A DNA stretch of 47,837 bases. It comes from Eubacteriales bacterium. Lineage in GTDB: Bacteria > Bacillota > Clostridia > Oscillospirales > CAG-382. Below are positions 38,694 to 47,665 of the stretch, piece by piece (within the stretch, counting starts at the first letter, position 1; every line of letters begins with the position of its first letter). The DNA lies in assembly GCA_045577475.1 (NCBI GenBank), contig JAZNIM010000045.1, positions 1-47,837 of the forward strand. Direction: 5' to 3'. A program made the position numbers and the translations under genes. Below the pieces are notes generated by a model. It saw only the letters and a program-made list of their open reading frames with translations. It made no database searches and was not told where the DNA came from.

Positions 38694-38876
38694 TAGTTTT
38701 TTCAAAAACAAATAATAATTGTGCAAAAGAACAAATTACGCGTCAAACATTTTGTGCAAACAAGACAAAGAAACATGCTGTTTTCGACAAATTAATGCAA
38801 ATTATCACAATAATTCAATTGAGTTAACACATGACTGACCTTTTGTTAACCCAAAAATGTTAACGTTGTATGAACG

Positions 38877-38911
38877 CAAAAAAACCGACGGGCGTATGTT
38901 TCCGTCGGTTT
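38877..38911 (-). terminator. thiT terminator
   Basis: AAACCGACGG...CCGTCGGTTT stem with a minus-strand T tract. Confidence 0.75.
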
Positions 38912-38934
38912 GGGGATATGTTATAGTTGAAAAA

Positions 38935-39591
38935 TCAGTAAGAAATCTTTATGTAGTTTTTTAACACCTTTGTTACTACAAAAGCACCGATTGAAGTAAT
39001 GATTATTTCGGGTATCATGTAAAGACCGTTATAAACCACCGAATAAAACCAAGCAAGGCTTACACCGCTGATGTTATTAGTTACCCAAGCACCGAATGCT
39101 GTGCCGGCAAACGGTCCCCAGTCTGCAAAAAAGCCTTCTGCCCATGTGCCGAAGAAAATCGCTCCCGAAACAATGTGACAAACGTATCTGAGAGCTGTAG
39201 CAAGTGCTGCACCTGCACAGGCAGCGGCTGCCGAGTTTTTGATTTTTTTTGCGAAAACTCCCGCAAATCCCAGAACCGTGTATGCAATGATGTAATCCAA
39301 AAGGCAAACTATAACAGCCTTAATCCAGAACATCTGGCTGTCGCCCGGCATAAAGAAGGAAGCTACGGTTTTTCCGCCAAGCAGCATTTGAATAACTGCG
39401 AAAACGAAGGCAGAGCCGAGACCCCATTTTGTGCCGTACATATATGCGGCGATAACTACGGGAAGCATACTTGCCAATGTTACGCTTCCTCCGAAGGGAA
39501 GCTGAAGGGGAATAATGAGAGATACGATTGCAAGTGCTGTTGACAATGCCACGAGCATTGCACATGTTGCCAATCTTTTGGTGTTTTTCAT
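38935..39591 (-). CDS. thiT: ECF thiamine transporter S component
   Basis: LPFGGSVT, LLDYIIAY, HIVSGAIFF and YSVVYNG motifs; downstream of a TPP riboswitch; ATG 39591 follows GGAGG. Confidence 0.9.
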   Translation of the reverse strand: MKNTKRLATCAMLVALSTALAIVSLIIPLQLPFGGSVTLASMLPVVIAAYMYGTKWGLGSAFVFAVIQMLLGGKTVASFFMPGDSQMFWIKAVIVCLLDYIIAYTVLGFAGVFAKKIKNSAAAACAGAALATALRYVCHIVSGAIFFGTWAEGFFADWGPFAGTAFGAWVTNNISGVSLAWFYSVVYNGLYMIPEIIITSIGAFVVTKVLKNYIKISY

Positions 39592-39606
39592 GGAATGAAC
39601 CTCCGT

Positions 39607-39642
39607 AAAATAAAAGATACCGCACACAATATCGGTGCGGTA
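39607..39642 (-). terminator. Riboswitch expression-platform terminator
   Basis: TACCGCAC...GTGCGGTA followed by TCTTTTATTTT on the minus strand. Confidence 0.75.
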
Positions 39643-39660
39643 CATACGCTTATTTTAAGC

Positions 39661-39750
39661 TAATCTCCCTACGCCGGTATTATCCGAACAGGTTTAAAGG
39701 GTTCAAGGACATCCTTATCTCAGCCGTTTTTCAACAGCACCCCTGATATT
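39661..39750 (-). ncRNA. TPP riboswitch
   Basis: Minus strand AGGGGTGCTG...GGCTGAGA...ACCCTTTAAACCTG...GGATAATACCGGCGTAGGGA matches the TPP consensus. Confidence 0.93.
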
Positions 39751-39770
39751 GTATTTTGCGGTTCGGGTGT

Positions 39771-39799
39771 ATTATACTACCGAATAAAAATTTTGTCAA
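39771..39799 (-). promoter_or_regulatory. Sigma-A promoter of riboswitch-thiT
   Basis: Perfect TTGACA-17 bp-TATAAT on the minus strand. Confidence 0.82.
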
Positions 39800-39818
39800 T
39801 ATATTTTTTCAAAAACTA

Positions 39819-39847
39819 TTGCAAAAGTACACAAAATGGTGTATACT
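39819..39847 (+). promoter_or_regulatory. Sigma-A promoter of tRNA-Leu
   Basis: TTGCAA-17 bp-TATACT. Confidence 0.72.
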
Positions 39848-39866
39848 ATACGGGTAAAATCAATCT

Positions 39867-39950
39867 GCGCCTGTGGCGGAATTGGCAGACGCGCCAGACT
39901 TAGGATCTGGTGTCTACGACGTGGGGGTTCGAAGCCTCTCGGGCGCACCA
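39867..39950 (+). tRNA. tRNA-Leu (anticodon TAG)
   Basis: Acceptor GCGCCTG/CGGGCGC-ACCA, anticodon arm CCAGA-CTTAGGA-TCTGG, long variable arm and GTTCGA T loop. Confidence 0.95.
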
Positions 39951-40005
39951 AACAGCTCCAACTGTAGGGTTGGGGTTGTTTTTTTACAGAGTGGAGGTTA
40001 TGATT

Positions 40006-40296
40006 ATGGCACAATATGCCTTTCCCGCTTTTATCACAAAGGAAGACGATGGTTATATTGTAAAATTCCCCGATATCGACGGATGCTATACAGACGGGAA
40101 CTCCTTAGACGAGGCTATTAAAAACGCCAAAGATGTTTTGTGCCTGATGCTTTATGATGCAGAAGAAACAAGCGGAAAAATCCCGATGCCATCTGATTTG
40201 GATAAGCTCATTGTCCCCCACAGCACAACAACTGTAATGGTGGAGTGTGATACCGAGGATTACCGCAGGTACTATAAAAACAAAAACAGCCTGTAA
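40006..40296 (+). CDS. HicB-like antitoxin, C-terminally short, no hicA adjacent
   Basis: YAFPAF...GYIVKFPDIDGCYTDGNSLDEAIKNAKDVL HicB N-domain; ATG 40006 follows GGAGG. Confidence 0.8.
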   Translation: MAQYAFPAFITKEDDGYIVKFPDIDGCYTDGNSLDEAIKNAKDVLCLMLYDAEETSGKIPMPSDLDKLIVPHSTTTVMVECDTEDYRRYYKNKNSL

Positions 40297-40324
40297 ATTC
40301 CGGCTATAATAATGTAATAAAAAT

Positions 40325-40358
40325 AACAGTTGATGATTTAACCGTCATCAACTGTTTT
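40325..40358. terminator. Bidirectional terminator (copy 1)
   Basis: AACAGTTGATGA...TCATCAACTGTT between convergent genes. Confidence 0.75.
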
Positions 40359-40384
40359 ATTTTCTACTTGATGTAAAAAACACC

Positions 40385-40702
40385 CTATTTGTTACCGTTC
40401 AGATCCTTTACAACCTCCAGAATGTGTTCGGCTTGATGCAAACTGAGCTTTTGTATTTCTGACGTCAACTCCTGTGTCAGGGATGGCGAAGGATTGTCGA
40501 TACAAAAAAATTCCTCAGGGGTTATGCCGAAATAATCGCATATATAGAAAAATCCCGTCATGGATGGCAGCGTTCTTTTGTTCTCAATTTTGTTTATATA
40601 GCTTTCGCTCTGACCTAAAGACAGGCTCATATCTCTTGCCGATACACCCTTTTGCATCCTCAATTGTGTAAGTCTTTTATAAAACCATTCAAGATAATCC
40701 AT
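40385..40702 (-). CDS. XRE-family HTH regulator
   Basis: RLTQLRMQKGVSARDMSLSLGQSESYINKIEN...PSM HTH_3 pattern. Confidence 0.88.
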   Translation of the reverse strand: MDYLEWFYKRLTQLRMQKGVSARDMSLSLGQSESYINKIENKRTLPSMTGFFYICDYFGITPEEFFCIDNPSPSLTQELTSEIQKLSLHQAEHILEVVKDLNGNK

Positions 40703-40783
40703 TCTTCCACCACCATTTGCTTTTCTGTATATATTATAAATCCTTCACAAGTGAAAAATGTGGAAAAATAGTATATATGTATA

Positions 40784-40812
40784 TTGACAAATGGAATTAA
40801 AAGATGTATAAT
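40784..40812 (+). promoter_or_regulatory. Sigma-A promoter of TM2 gene
   Basis: Perfect TTGACA-17 bp-TATAAT. Confidence 0.8.
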
Positions 40813-40860
40813 GTAGAAAAACAAGGAATATTAATACATATTTAAGAATGGAGAAAAGAA

Positions 40861-41292
40861 ATGGACTCACAGACAAATTCAGTACAGCAAAACAATCAAG
40901 GTAACGCCGACGTTCAAAACGCCGCACCCACAAAGTTCTGCAAGCACTGCGGTGCAAAAATACCCGAGAAAGCGGTAGTGTGCACCTCCTGCGGCTGTCA
41001 GGTTGAGCAAATGCATACTGATGCTCAGGCTTCGCCCAGCATCGTTATTAACAATTCAAACAGCAACGTAAATACCAATCAGAACATGAACGCATTTATG
41101 GCTTCAAAAATGAGAAACAAGTGGGTTGCACTGCTTCTGTGCTTTTTTCTTGGATTTTTCGGTGCTCACAAGTTTTATGAAGGAAAAACAGGCATGGGTA
41201 TTTTGTACATCTTTACAGGCGGTTTATGCGGAATAGGTGTAATCATTGATTTTATCTCACTGATTTTCAAGCCCAATCCTTACTATGTATAA
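40861..41292 (+). CDS. Zinc-ribbon plus TM2 domain membrane protein
   Basis: FCKHCG...CTSCG, then NKWVALLLCFFLGFFGAHKFYEGK...GILY TM2 motif. Confidence 0.85.
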   Translation: MDSQTNSVQQNNQGNADVQNAAPTKFCKHCGAKIPEKAVVCTSCGCQVEQMHTDAQASPSIVINNSNSNVNTNQNMNAFMASKMRNKWVALLLCFFLGFFGAHKFYEGKTGMGILYIFTGGLCGIGVIIDFISLIFKPNPYYV

Positions 41293-41317
41293 AGAGCAAA
41301 AATCATAATATAAAAAA

Positions 41318-41352
41318 AGCAGTTGATGATTTTAATTCACCAACTGTTTTTT
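41318..41352. terminator. Bidirectional terminator (copy 2)
   Basis: CAGTTGATGA...TCACCAACTG plus T tract; homologous to 40325-40358. Confidence 0.7.
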
Positions 41353-41358
41353 GTTTAG

Positions 41359-42726
41359 TTATTTTGCAAAAAGCGTATTTATATCTCCCGCACCCATGGT
41401 AATAATCATATCATCAGGTTTTGCGATTTTTAAAAGATGCTCTTTTATTTCGTCAAATGAACCGAGAGAAATTCCGCCGTCAATAAGCTTTGCAACATCA
41501 TCGGAAGAAATGCCGTAGGTGTTGACTTCACGTGCAGCATATATGGGTGCTAAAATCACTTTGTCCGCAAGACTGAGGGAGGACGCAAAATCCTTTAATA
41601 ATGCCTTTGTTCTTGAAAATGTATGCGGCTGGAATACGCAGATTACTCTTCCTTTTGAAACTGCCTTTGCACTTTTAAGAGTAGCTGTGATTTCATCGGG
41701 GTGGTGTGCATAGTCGTCAATAATAATTGCACCTGTGGGATGAGTTCCTACCTTCTCAAAGCGTCTGTTTACACCGCCGAAGGCTTCAAGTCCCGACTTT
41801 ATTGCTTCGTTCGGAATGTTGCAGCTCTTTGCGGCACAAATGGCGGCAAGTGCGTTTGCTACGTTGTGGATGCCGGGGACTGCAAGCTGAACATTGAATA
41901 AAAACTTACCGCCCTTTTCGTATACGTCAAATCTTCCGTAGCCTGTGGAAAGGTCGATGTTTTGTGCATATATATCCGCAGTCTGATTTTCAACGGAAAA
42001 GTATTTAATAACAGCATCCGTTCCCTGTGCCGCTTTTACGGCGTTTTCGCAGTCAAGATTTACAACAGCTATGTTTTCGCCGTTAATACCGGGAGTTTGT
42101 ATGTACTGCCTGAAGGAGGAAATAACGTTGTCAAGATTTCCGAAAAAGTCCACATGGTCAAGCTCTACGTTGAGAATAACCTTGATTGTAGGACGCATGG
42201 AGTGGTAGGAATTCTTGTATTCACATGCCTCGAATACCGCACATTCGCCTTGTCCCACACGGTAGGTTGAACCAAGTGACGGAATAATTGCACCGCCGAG
42301 GATTGTGCTGTCGTTGTCAGCCTTGAGCATGATTTCGGTAAGAAGTCCTGTTGTGGTGGACTTTCCGTGTGTGCCTGCTACGCCCACGGAATGATCGTAA
42401 CCGCCTGTAACAGCACCCAAAAGCTCGGCACGTGAGAGAATGGTAAGACCAAGACCTCTTGCCTGTGTGAGAATCGGGTCGTCGTCCTTCATGGCGGCGG
42501 TGTAAACAACCGTGTCCGCATCGCCTAAAGCTGCATCTTCATAGGTATAGTGTACGATAATACCGTTTTTTTCAAGCAGGTCTGTATTGGGGCTGTGCTT
42601 AAAGTCATAGCCGCAAACCTTGATGCTTTTAGATTTGAGAATAAGGGCAAGAGATGACATGCTTACTCCGCCTATTCCAACAAAATATACACTTTTTGCA
42701 CTTGTTATGTCAAATGTAAGTGGCAT
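41359..42726 (-). CDS. murC: UDP-N-acetylmuramate--L-alanine ligase
   Basis: GIGGVSMS, AGTHGKSTTT, FEACEY, DDYAHHP, FQPHTFSRT and TMGAGD motifs. Confidence 0.96.
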   Translation of the reverse strand: MPLTFDITSAKSVYFVGIGGVSMSSLALILKSKSIKVCGYDFKHSPNTDLLEKNGIIVHYTYEDAALGDADTVVYTAAMKDDDPILTQARGLGLTILSRAELLGAVTGGYDHSVGVAGTHGKSTTTGLLTEIMLKADNDSTILGGAIIPSLGSTYRVGQGECAVFEACEYKNSYHSMRPTIKVILNVELDHVDFFGNLDNVISSFRQYIQTPGINGENIAVVNLDCENAVKAAQGTDAVIKYFSVENQTADIYAQNIDLSTGYGRFDVYEKGGKFLFNVQLAVPGIHNVANALAAICAAKSCNIPNEAIKSGLEAFGGVNRRFEKVGTHPTGAIIIDDYAHHPDEITATLKSAKAVSKGRVICVFQPHTFSRTKALLKDFASSLSLADKVILAPIYAAREVNTYGISSDDVAKLIDGGISLGSFDEIKEHLLKIAKPDDMIITMGAGDINTLFAK

Positions 42727-42824
42727 AAAAAAGTCGCCTTTCACTTAAATTTTTATCTTTGGGTATAAAATTCCGACCTCAGGGAAAACTTTGTATGTAA
42801 ACCTGACAACAAGGAGGAATTTGT

Positions 42825-43103
42825 ATGGAAATTACTGATATTAAAATCCGAAAAACCTTTGACGATAAGCCGCTTAAAGCTATTCTTTCTGTCACCTTTG
42901 ACGATTGTCTGGCTCTCCATGATGTAAAAATCATTAACGCCGATAACCGCTTCTTCGTGGTGATGCCCAGCCGTAAAAATAAGGACGGCAGCTATAAGGA
43001 TATCGTCCATCCCATTAACTCAAGCTTCCGCTCGGAAATCGAGGATAAGGTGCTCTCCGCTTACCGAAATTCCTTGCAGGAGCTTGCCTTTGCAGAACGG
43101 TGA
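42825..43103 (+). CDS. spoVG: Septation regulator SpoVG
   Basis: MEITDIKIR, LKA..SVTFDD, HDVK, FVVMPSRK and DIVHPIN motifs. Confidence 0.92.
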   Translation: MEITDIKIRKTFDDKPLKAILSVTFDDCLALHDVKIINADNRFFVVMPSRKNKDGSYKDIVHPINSSFRSEIEDKVLSAYRNSLQELAFAER

Positions 43104-43148
43104 TAAGCCGTTCTTTTTTTGTTAGTTTATGTAACGCAGGTACGGTCG

Positions 43149-43205
43149 CTTTCTTGAAAGAAAGCTTCGCAAAGAACTTCATTTTGGCTGTCGGGCGTTC
43201 CCGAC
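43149..43205. repeat. Palindromic repeat of the triplex-type family
   Basis: CTTTCTTGAAAGAAAGCTTCGCAAAGAA, ATTTTGGCTGT and the GTCGGGCGTTCCCGAC hairpin. Confidence 0.6.
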
Positions 43206-43231
43206 AAAGAAAAAGTTGCGGTGCAAAGCAA

Positions 43232-43503
43232 GATCACACACCGGAAAATCGAATCGGAGCTAACAAACGTCCTTTGTAGGGATTGCTCAGCTCAGGTTTG
43301 CTTACGGCACATCATCCGTATCACTTAATGCTGCTCGGTTCCCCGCCTGACATGGTTCATGAGGGATAATTGCGCAAGGCCCAAGCCTCAACACAACACC
43401 TACATGACAGCTGAGTTAAAGCCGACCCTCAAATCCGGAATCCATCTCTGCTACAGCGGATTTCAGAAAGAGGACGCCGCTACTGTCCCGACTGGTGTGA
43501 CCT
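43232..43503 (-). ncRNA. ffs: Large bacterial SRP RNA (scRNA) with Alu domain; mature ends approximate
   Basis: Minus strand GGGACAGTAGCGGCG...AATCCGCTGTAGC (Alu) and CATGAACCATGTCAGGCGGGGAACCGAGCAGCATTAAGTG (helix 8). Confidence 0.92.
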
Positions 43504-43584
43504 TGCTTTATACCGCAACGTCAACGCTATTGAATTTTTGAGAAAAAGTAAAAGAATAATATTACTTTTCCCTGCACGAATAGA

Positions 43585-43613
43585 AGTATACCACATCTTT
43601 TGCAAAAAATCAA
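43585..43613 (-). promoter_or_regulatory. Sigma-A promoter of SRP RNA
   Basis: Minus strand TTGATT-17 bp-TATACT with extended TG. Confidence 0.65.
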
Positions 43614-43647
43614 TAGTAATATTATTCTTTTAACAATTTAGACTTGA

Positions 43648-44613
43648 TTAAATAATAACGCACTTGCCTGTATCGGCAGCTTCCCTCGCTTTAAGAGCAA
43701 CCTCGGTAATATACAGGCTTTCCTCCATGGATACGCCTGTGTCCTTGCCTGAAATTCTTTCAAGGAAAAGTGCAAACACATCCTGTTTGGGTAACATTTC
43801 AAGCTCTCTTGCACCGTTTTCGTCAATGATTGTAACCTTTCCGCACTGGTATTCCACAATACCCTTTGTGCCCACAACTCTTATTCTGTCATCGTCGTGG
43901 GTTGCCGCCGAGGAAGGTCTGAAATAATCCGCGGTAACAGTGGCAATTGCACCGTTTTCCATGGTAAATATGCACGCCGAGGTGGTTTCAAGGTCGCCGT
44001 AGCCGCCGTTTACGCTGTTGTCGGCTGTGGCAACAACTGACTTGAATTTAAGTCCGCTTGCTGCATAAATCCAATGAATTGCGTGAATTCCAACCCAGGG
44101 GATAATGCCGCCGAAGGTTTCCTTGCTTTTGAAGAAGTCAGGGCGTGTACCTAATTTGTAGCTCTTTCTGCCGTTAAGCATACGGATTTCGCCGATGGAC
44201 TTAACCGCTTCCTTAAGAGTAACGCACCAAGCCTCATAGGTTATACCGAACATGGCACTGACAAATGCTTTTGATGCGGCAGTGCGGATTTTTTCAAGCT
44301 CGTCATAGCTTGTTGCAAGAGGCTTTTCGCTGAAAACGTAAATGTTACGCTTTAAGCACTCTATAGTATAGTATGAGTTGAGGTCAAATCTTGTGTTGAT
44401 GATTGCGACTTCGGGATTTAAGGAGAAAAGCTCGTCAAGGGTTGTGCATAAGGGAGCATCAATGCCTTTGGATTTAAGACTGTTCTGTACTCCCTGCATG
44501 CTTTCGCCGTCAAAGCCTGAAAGAATGCCTACAACCTCGTGGTTAACAATTTCCGCACCTGCATAACCCCAGTGACCGTTGCAGCCGATGATACATATTT
44601 TCATATCTGCCAC
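43648..44613 (-). CDS. Gfo/Idh/MocA family oxidoreductase
   Basis: IIGCNGH, FSEKPLA and GGIIPWVGIH motifs. Confidence 0.85.
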   Translation of the reverse strand: MADMKICIIGCNGHWGYAGAEIVNHEVVGILSGFDGESMQGVQNSLKSKGIDAPLCTTLDELFSLNPEVAIINTRFDLNSYYTIECLKRNIYVFSEKPLATSYDELEKIRTAASKAFVSAMFGITYEAWCVTLKEAVKSIGEIRMLNGRKSYKLGTRPDFFKSKETFGGIIPWVGIHAIHWIYAASGLKFKSVVATADNSVNGGYGDLETTSACIFTMENGAIATVTADYFRPSSAATHDDDRIRVVGTKGIVEYQCGKVTIIDENGARELEMLPKQDVFALFLERISGKDTGVSMEESLYITEVALKAREAADTGKCVII

Positions 44614-44614
44614 C

Positions 44615-45790
44615 TTATTCCTTTATACCGCCGAAGGAGTCGTACTTTGTCATGTCAACGATAACCTCAGGCTTGTAGAGAGAAGGCATTTCGCCCGTCT
44701 GATATGTTTTTTCAAGCATTTCCTCAAGTCCTGCAACAGCCTTGCAGTCGTCTACGATTTCGTACTTTTCAAAAACAGAAGGCTTGTAAAATTCGCTTAC
44801 TGCATTGATGCACTTTAAATGGGACATTGCCGTGTCAACGGTGCATACAGGTTTTCTTGTTCCTCTTACAATATCAAGTGCCATCCACAGCTTGTTGCTT
44901 CTGTGCTGACTTGTTGCACCGTAGTTTATTTCTCTGCCGTCCTTCATTACAGCCTTGATTGCGTTGTCGTCGCCGCATTCCTCAATGTATATCGTGCCGT
45001 TTTCAAATTCACAGCGTATTCTCGGCTGAACATTGGTACCGCATGCGTGGGTTGCACAGAATTTTAACACTGCACCCTCTGTAGTTTCAACCTGAATGAA
45101 GGCTGTATCATAGGTTTCAATATCGTTTGCTCTGTATACGGATGCACCGAGAGTTTTGGGTTTTGCACAGGTATCAATTTTGTCGCCGAGCATGAAAAAC
45201 ATGTTGTGAAGGTAGTGTGCACAGGCATTCATTGCAATGCTGTCAAGAAGAATTTTGCCGTCAATCGTAGCCTTTGCCGCCCAGGGACGTGCAAAATACA
45301 CGCTGTTGCGAGGCCAGCAGATTGTTGCAACCATCTCTATACATTTTCCGAAAACGCCGTCAATGATATCCTGCTTCATTTTAAGAATACTGGGAGCATG
45401 TGAAAGCTGGAAACCGATGCTCAGATTCTTGCCTGTCTTCTCGGCACACGCCTTCATTCTGTCCGCTTCCTGAATTGTGGGAGCGGTCGGCTTTTCGCAC
45501 ATAACGTCGCTGCCATGCTCCATGCAGTAGCAGCACTGGTCGGCGTGAAGGTGTATGGGTGTTGAGATTATTGCAAGGTCAGCCGAGTGCTTTGCGTAGA
45601 ATTCCTCAAGAGTGTTGTAAACGGGAATTTTGCGTTCTTCGATTGTGTCCTTGAGTCTGCTGTTCTGCATAAAAGGCTCAACTATGCCTTCTACATAACA
45701 GCCCCGTTTTTCACCCTCGTCCAGGATAGGAGCTGCAGAAACGGCACCGTAGCCGCCGACACCTACAAGAAGAATTGAAATGTTTTTCAT
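44615..45790 (-). CDS. Gfo/Idh/MocA family oxidoreductase
   Basis: VGVGGYG, STPIHLH, MCEKP and NACAH motifs. Confidence 0.88.
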   Translation of the reverse strand: MKNISILLVGVGGYGAVSAAPILDEGEKRGCYVEGIVEPFMQNSRLKDTIEERKIPVYNTLEEFYAKHSADLAIISTPIHLHADQCCYCMEHGSDVMCEKPTAPTIQEADRMKACAEKTGKNLSIGFQLSHAPSILKMKQDIIDGVFGKCIEMVATICWPRNSVYFARPWAAKATIDGKILLDSIAMNACAHYLHNMFFMLGDKIDTCAKPKTLGASVYRANDIETYDTAFIQVETTEGAVLKFCATHACGTNVQPRIRCEFENGTIYIEECGDDNAIKAVMKDGREINYGATSQHRSNKLWMALDIVRGTRKPVCTVDTAMSHLKCINAVSEFYKPSVFEKYEIVDDCKAVAGLEEMLEKTYQTGEMPSLYKPEVIVDMTKYDSFGGIKE

Positions 45791-45825
45791 GTGAATACGA
45801 CCTTTCGTTAGTTGGTTAAAAGGAT

Positions 45826-47553
45826 TTATTTTGTATAGATTTCAATCTTATTGAAGTCCATAACATGTGTTTTTCCGCCGGAGGTTACTTCAACCACACC
45901 GTCACCCCATGTGGATTTAATCCAAGGAGCATTGTAAACGTGAGGATAAGGATATACGTTTTCCTTTCCGTCAAGAGTATTGTTAAATGGTCTTGAAACG
46001 CTGAGATTGTCAAACTCAAATACCATATTGTCTTCGTCAAAGCTGATGTGAAGCTTTTTCATTTCTTCAATAAATGCATCAAAGCTGCCGTAGTCCTTTT
46101 CAAGTCCCACTCTTACTGCCCATGCATTCTTTCTGCCCACAGACTTGATTTCGTCACGTCCGAAATCGTTTTCAACACCTACGGAATAAGGCTTTGCAAC
46201 GTAAACAAATACATAGCGGCAGTCCTTCTTTAAGAATACACCGTTTGTTTCATACTTTATTGCATCGTACTTGTGAGGCTCAAAGAACATGTGGGTGTAG
46301 TCGTCTTCTTTTTCCTTTTCAATGTTGTAAACGGTGATACAGGTGTCCTTGGTTGCATAGGAGTTGTTGCAGCAGCAGTGAATGTCACCTGTCCATCTGT
46401 TGTGCTCACCGCAGTGTCCGGGATGATGTGAGAACAGCTTTGTTGCTTCAAGTTCATCCTCGCAAGGGAGCCACAGTGCCCATTCAACCTGCTGATGGTG
46501 TGCATAACCGCCGTCATAGGGGTACTTTTCGGGATAGAAATCCTGATGGTTGATTGCACCTATTGTGTATTCGTCGCAAAGATAGGTGTATTTGTTGATA
46601 CAGCCTGCCTCGTTGATGTCGTCTAATTTTTCCCAGTCTGGAGTATTTCCTTCCCAGGCATACATTGAGTGGAGATTCTTTCTCTCGTAAACCTCACATG
46701 GGTACTTTCTTTCACGGTATGTGTCAAGCACCCATTCATCGGGGAATGCGGGAGCAAGAACAAAGTTCATATTATTGCTTGGTTCTAAGTCTATGTAATG
46801 CTTTCTGAAGCGTTCCTTTTCGGTGCTTGTGTAAGGACCGGGATAGCTTCTGCCTCTTGCGCCTGCACTGTATCCGAACTTGTCAATGTTGTTGAACAGT
46901 TCAAGAGCGATGAGGTTTACAAGCATATGAGCCGTTGTTTTAAGCTCTTTGTCCTCTACATAACAGTCAAGCATTGAAACCATCATCATATCCTCGCCCA
47001 GATATCCCGATGAGTCAAATTCGCCAAAGCCGTACTTTGCACGCCATGCAAGGAAGTCGATAAGCCACTTCTTGTCAATCGCAAGAGCTTCTTTGGCGGT
47101 AAGTCCGTACTGCTTGAAGGTTTCGCCTTTGTAGAACTGTGCGGCAAGATAACGTGCTGCGTGCATCATAAGATGGTGGTTTTCGCTTCCGTACATACTT
47201 GTGAAATCTCTTTCAAGTAAAAACTGCTTTACAAGACGCTTTGTTTCGTCCTCAAATTTGTCATAGCACAGATAAAGGCTTGCTGCAATGCGGATTGCCG
47301 CAAAGTCATTTTCTCCTCTTACATCTCTGCCGTGAATATGGGGAAGGTCCATATACAAAGCAGCTCTGCGGATACATGCATTCGCAGCAGCACTTTCCTT
47401 GTCACCCATAAGGCTGACGATAGCCTTATGACCGTAAAGGTCGCAGTTGTCGGGGTCTTCCACCACAACGCCGTCTTTAACTACGGGAAGTTCGATTTTT
47501 TCAAGGCACATTTCATGACACTGTCTGAGTAATTCTTCGATTTTCTTATTCAT
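45826..47553 (-). CDS. Hypothetical protein, possibly a lyase-like carbohydrate-active enzyme
   Basis: 575-aa ORF with AGGAG RBS; helical N-half with SENH and GFGEFDSSGY motifs, beta-rich C-half; function is inferred only. Confidence 0.6.
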   Translation of the reverse strand: MNKKIEELLRQCHEMCLEKIELPVVKDGVVVEDPDNCDLYGHKAIVSLMGDKESAAANACIRRAALYMDLPHIHGRDVRGENDFAAIRIAASLYLCYDKFEDETKRLVKQFLLERDFTSMYGSENHHLMMHAARYLAAQFYKGETFKQYGLTAKEALAIDKKWLIDFLAWRAKYGFGEFDSSGYLGEDMMMVSMLDCYVEDKELKTTAHMLVNLIALELFNNIDKFGYSAGARGRSYPGPYTSTEKERFRKHYIDLEPSNNMNFVLAPAFPDEWVLDTYRERKYPCEVYERKNLHSMYAWEGNTPDWEKLDDINEAGCINKYTYLCDEYTIGAINHQDFYPEKYPYDGGYAHHQQVEWALWLPCEDELEATKLFSHHPGHCGEHNRWTGDIHCCCNNSYATKDTCITVYNIEKEKEDDYTHMFFEPHKYDAIKYETNGVFLKKDCRYVFVYVAKPYSVGVENDFGRDEIKSVGRKNAWAVRVGLEKDYGSFDAFIEEMKKLHISFDEDNMVFEFDNLSVSRPFNNTLDGKENVYPYPHVYNAPWIKSTWGDGVVEVTSGGKTHVMDFNKIEIYTK

Positions 47554-47665
47554 GGCTTAATTCTCCTTTTTCACCAAAAATATTCACCTTCATTATAGTA
47601 TATAGTTTTGATATTTGCAATACAAAATTGCACAAAAAATATAATTTTTGAACCAACCGAAATAA

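Noticed and set aside
39910-40005. N-terminal extension of the HicB ORF in the ORF track
   Set aside because: It overlaps the tRNA and its terminator; the RBS supports ATG 40006.
39867-41352. Intact prophage or integrative element at tRNA-Leu
   Set aside because: No integrase, no duplicated tRNA 3' end and no structural genes; at most a small islet.
43359-43541. 60-aa ORF
   Set aside because: It is antisense to the SRP RNA gene.
413-47532. Many long antisense or alternate-frame ORFs (for example 413-928, 3530-4132, 19309-19983, 23776-24441, 29389-29964)
   Set aside because: They are shadows of well-supported genes with biased codon usage and have no RBS or recognisable motifs.
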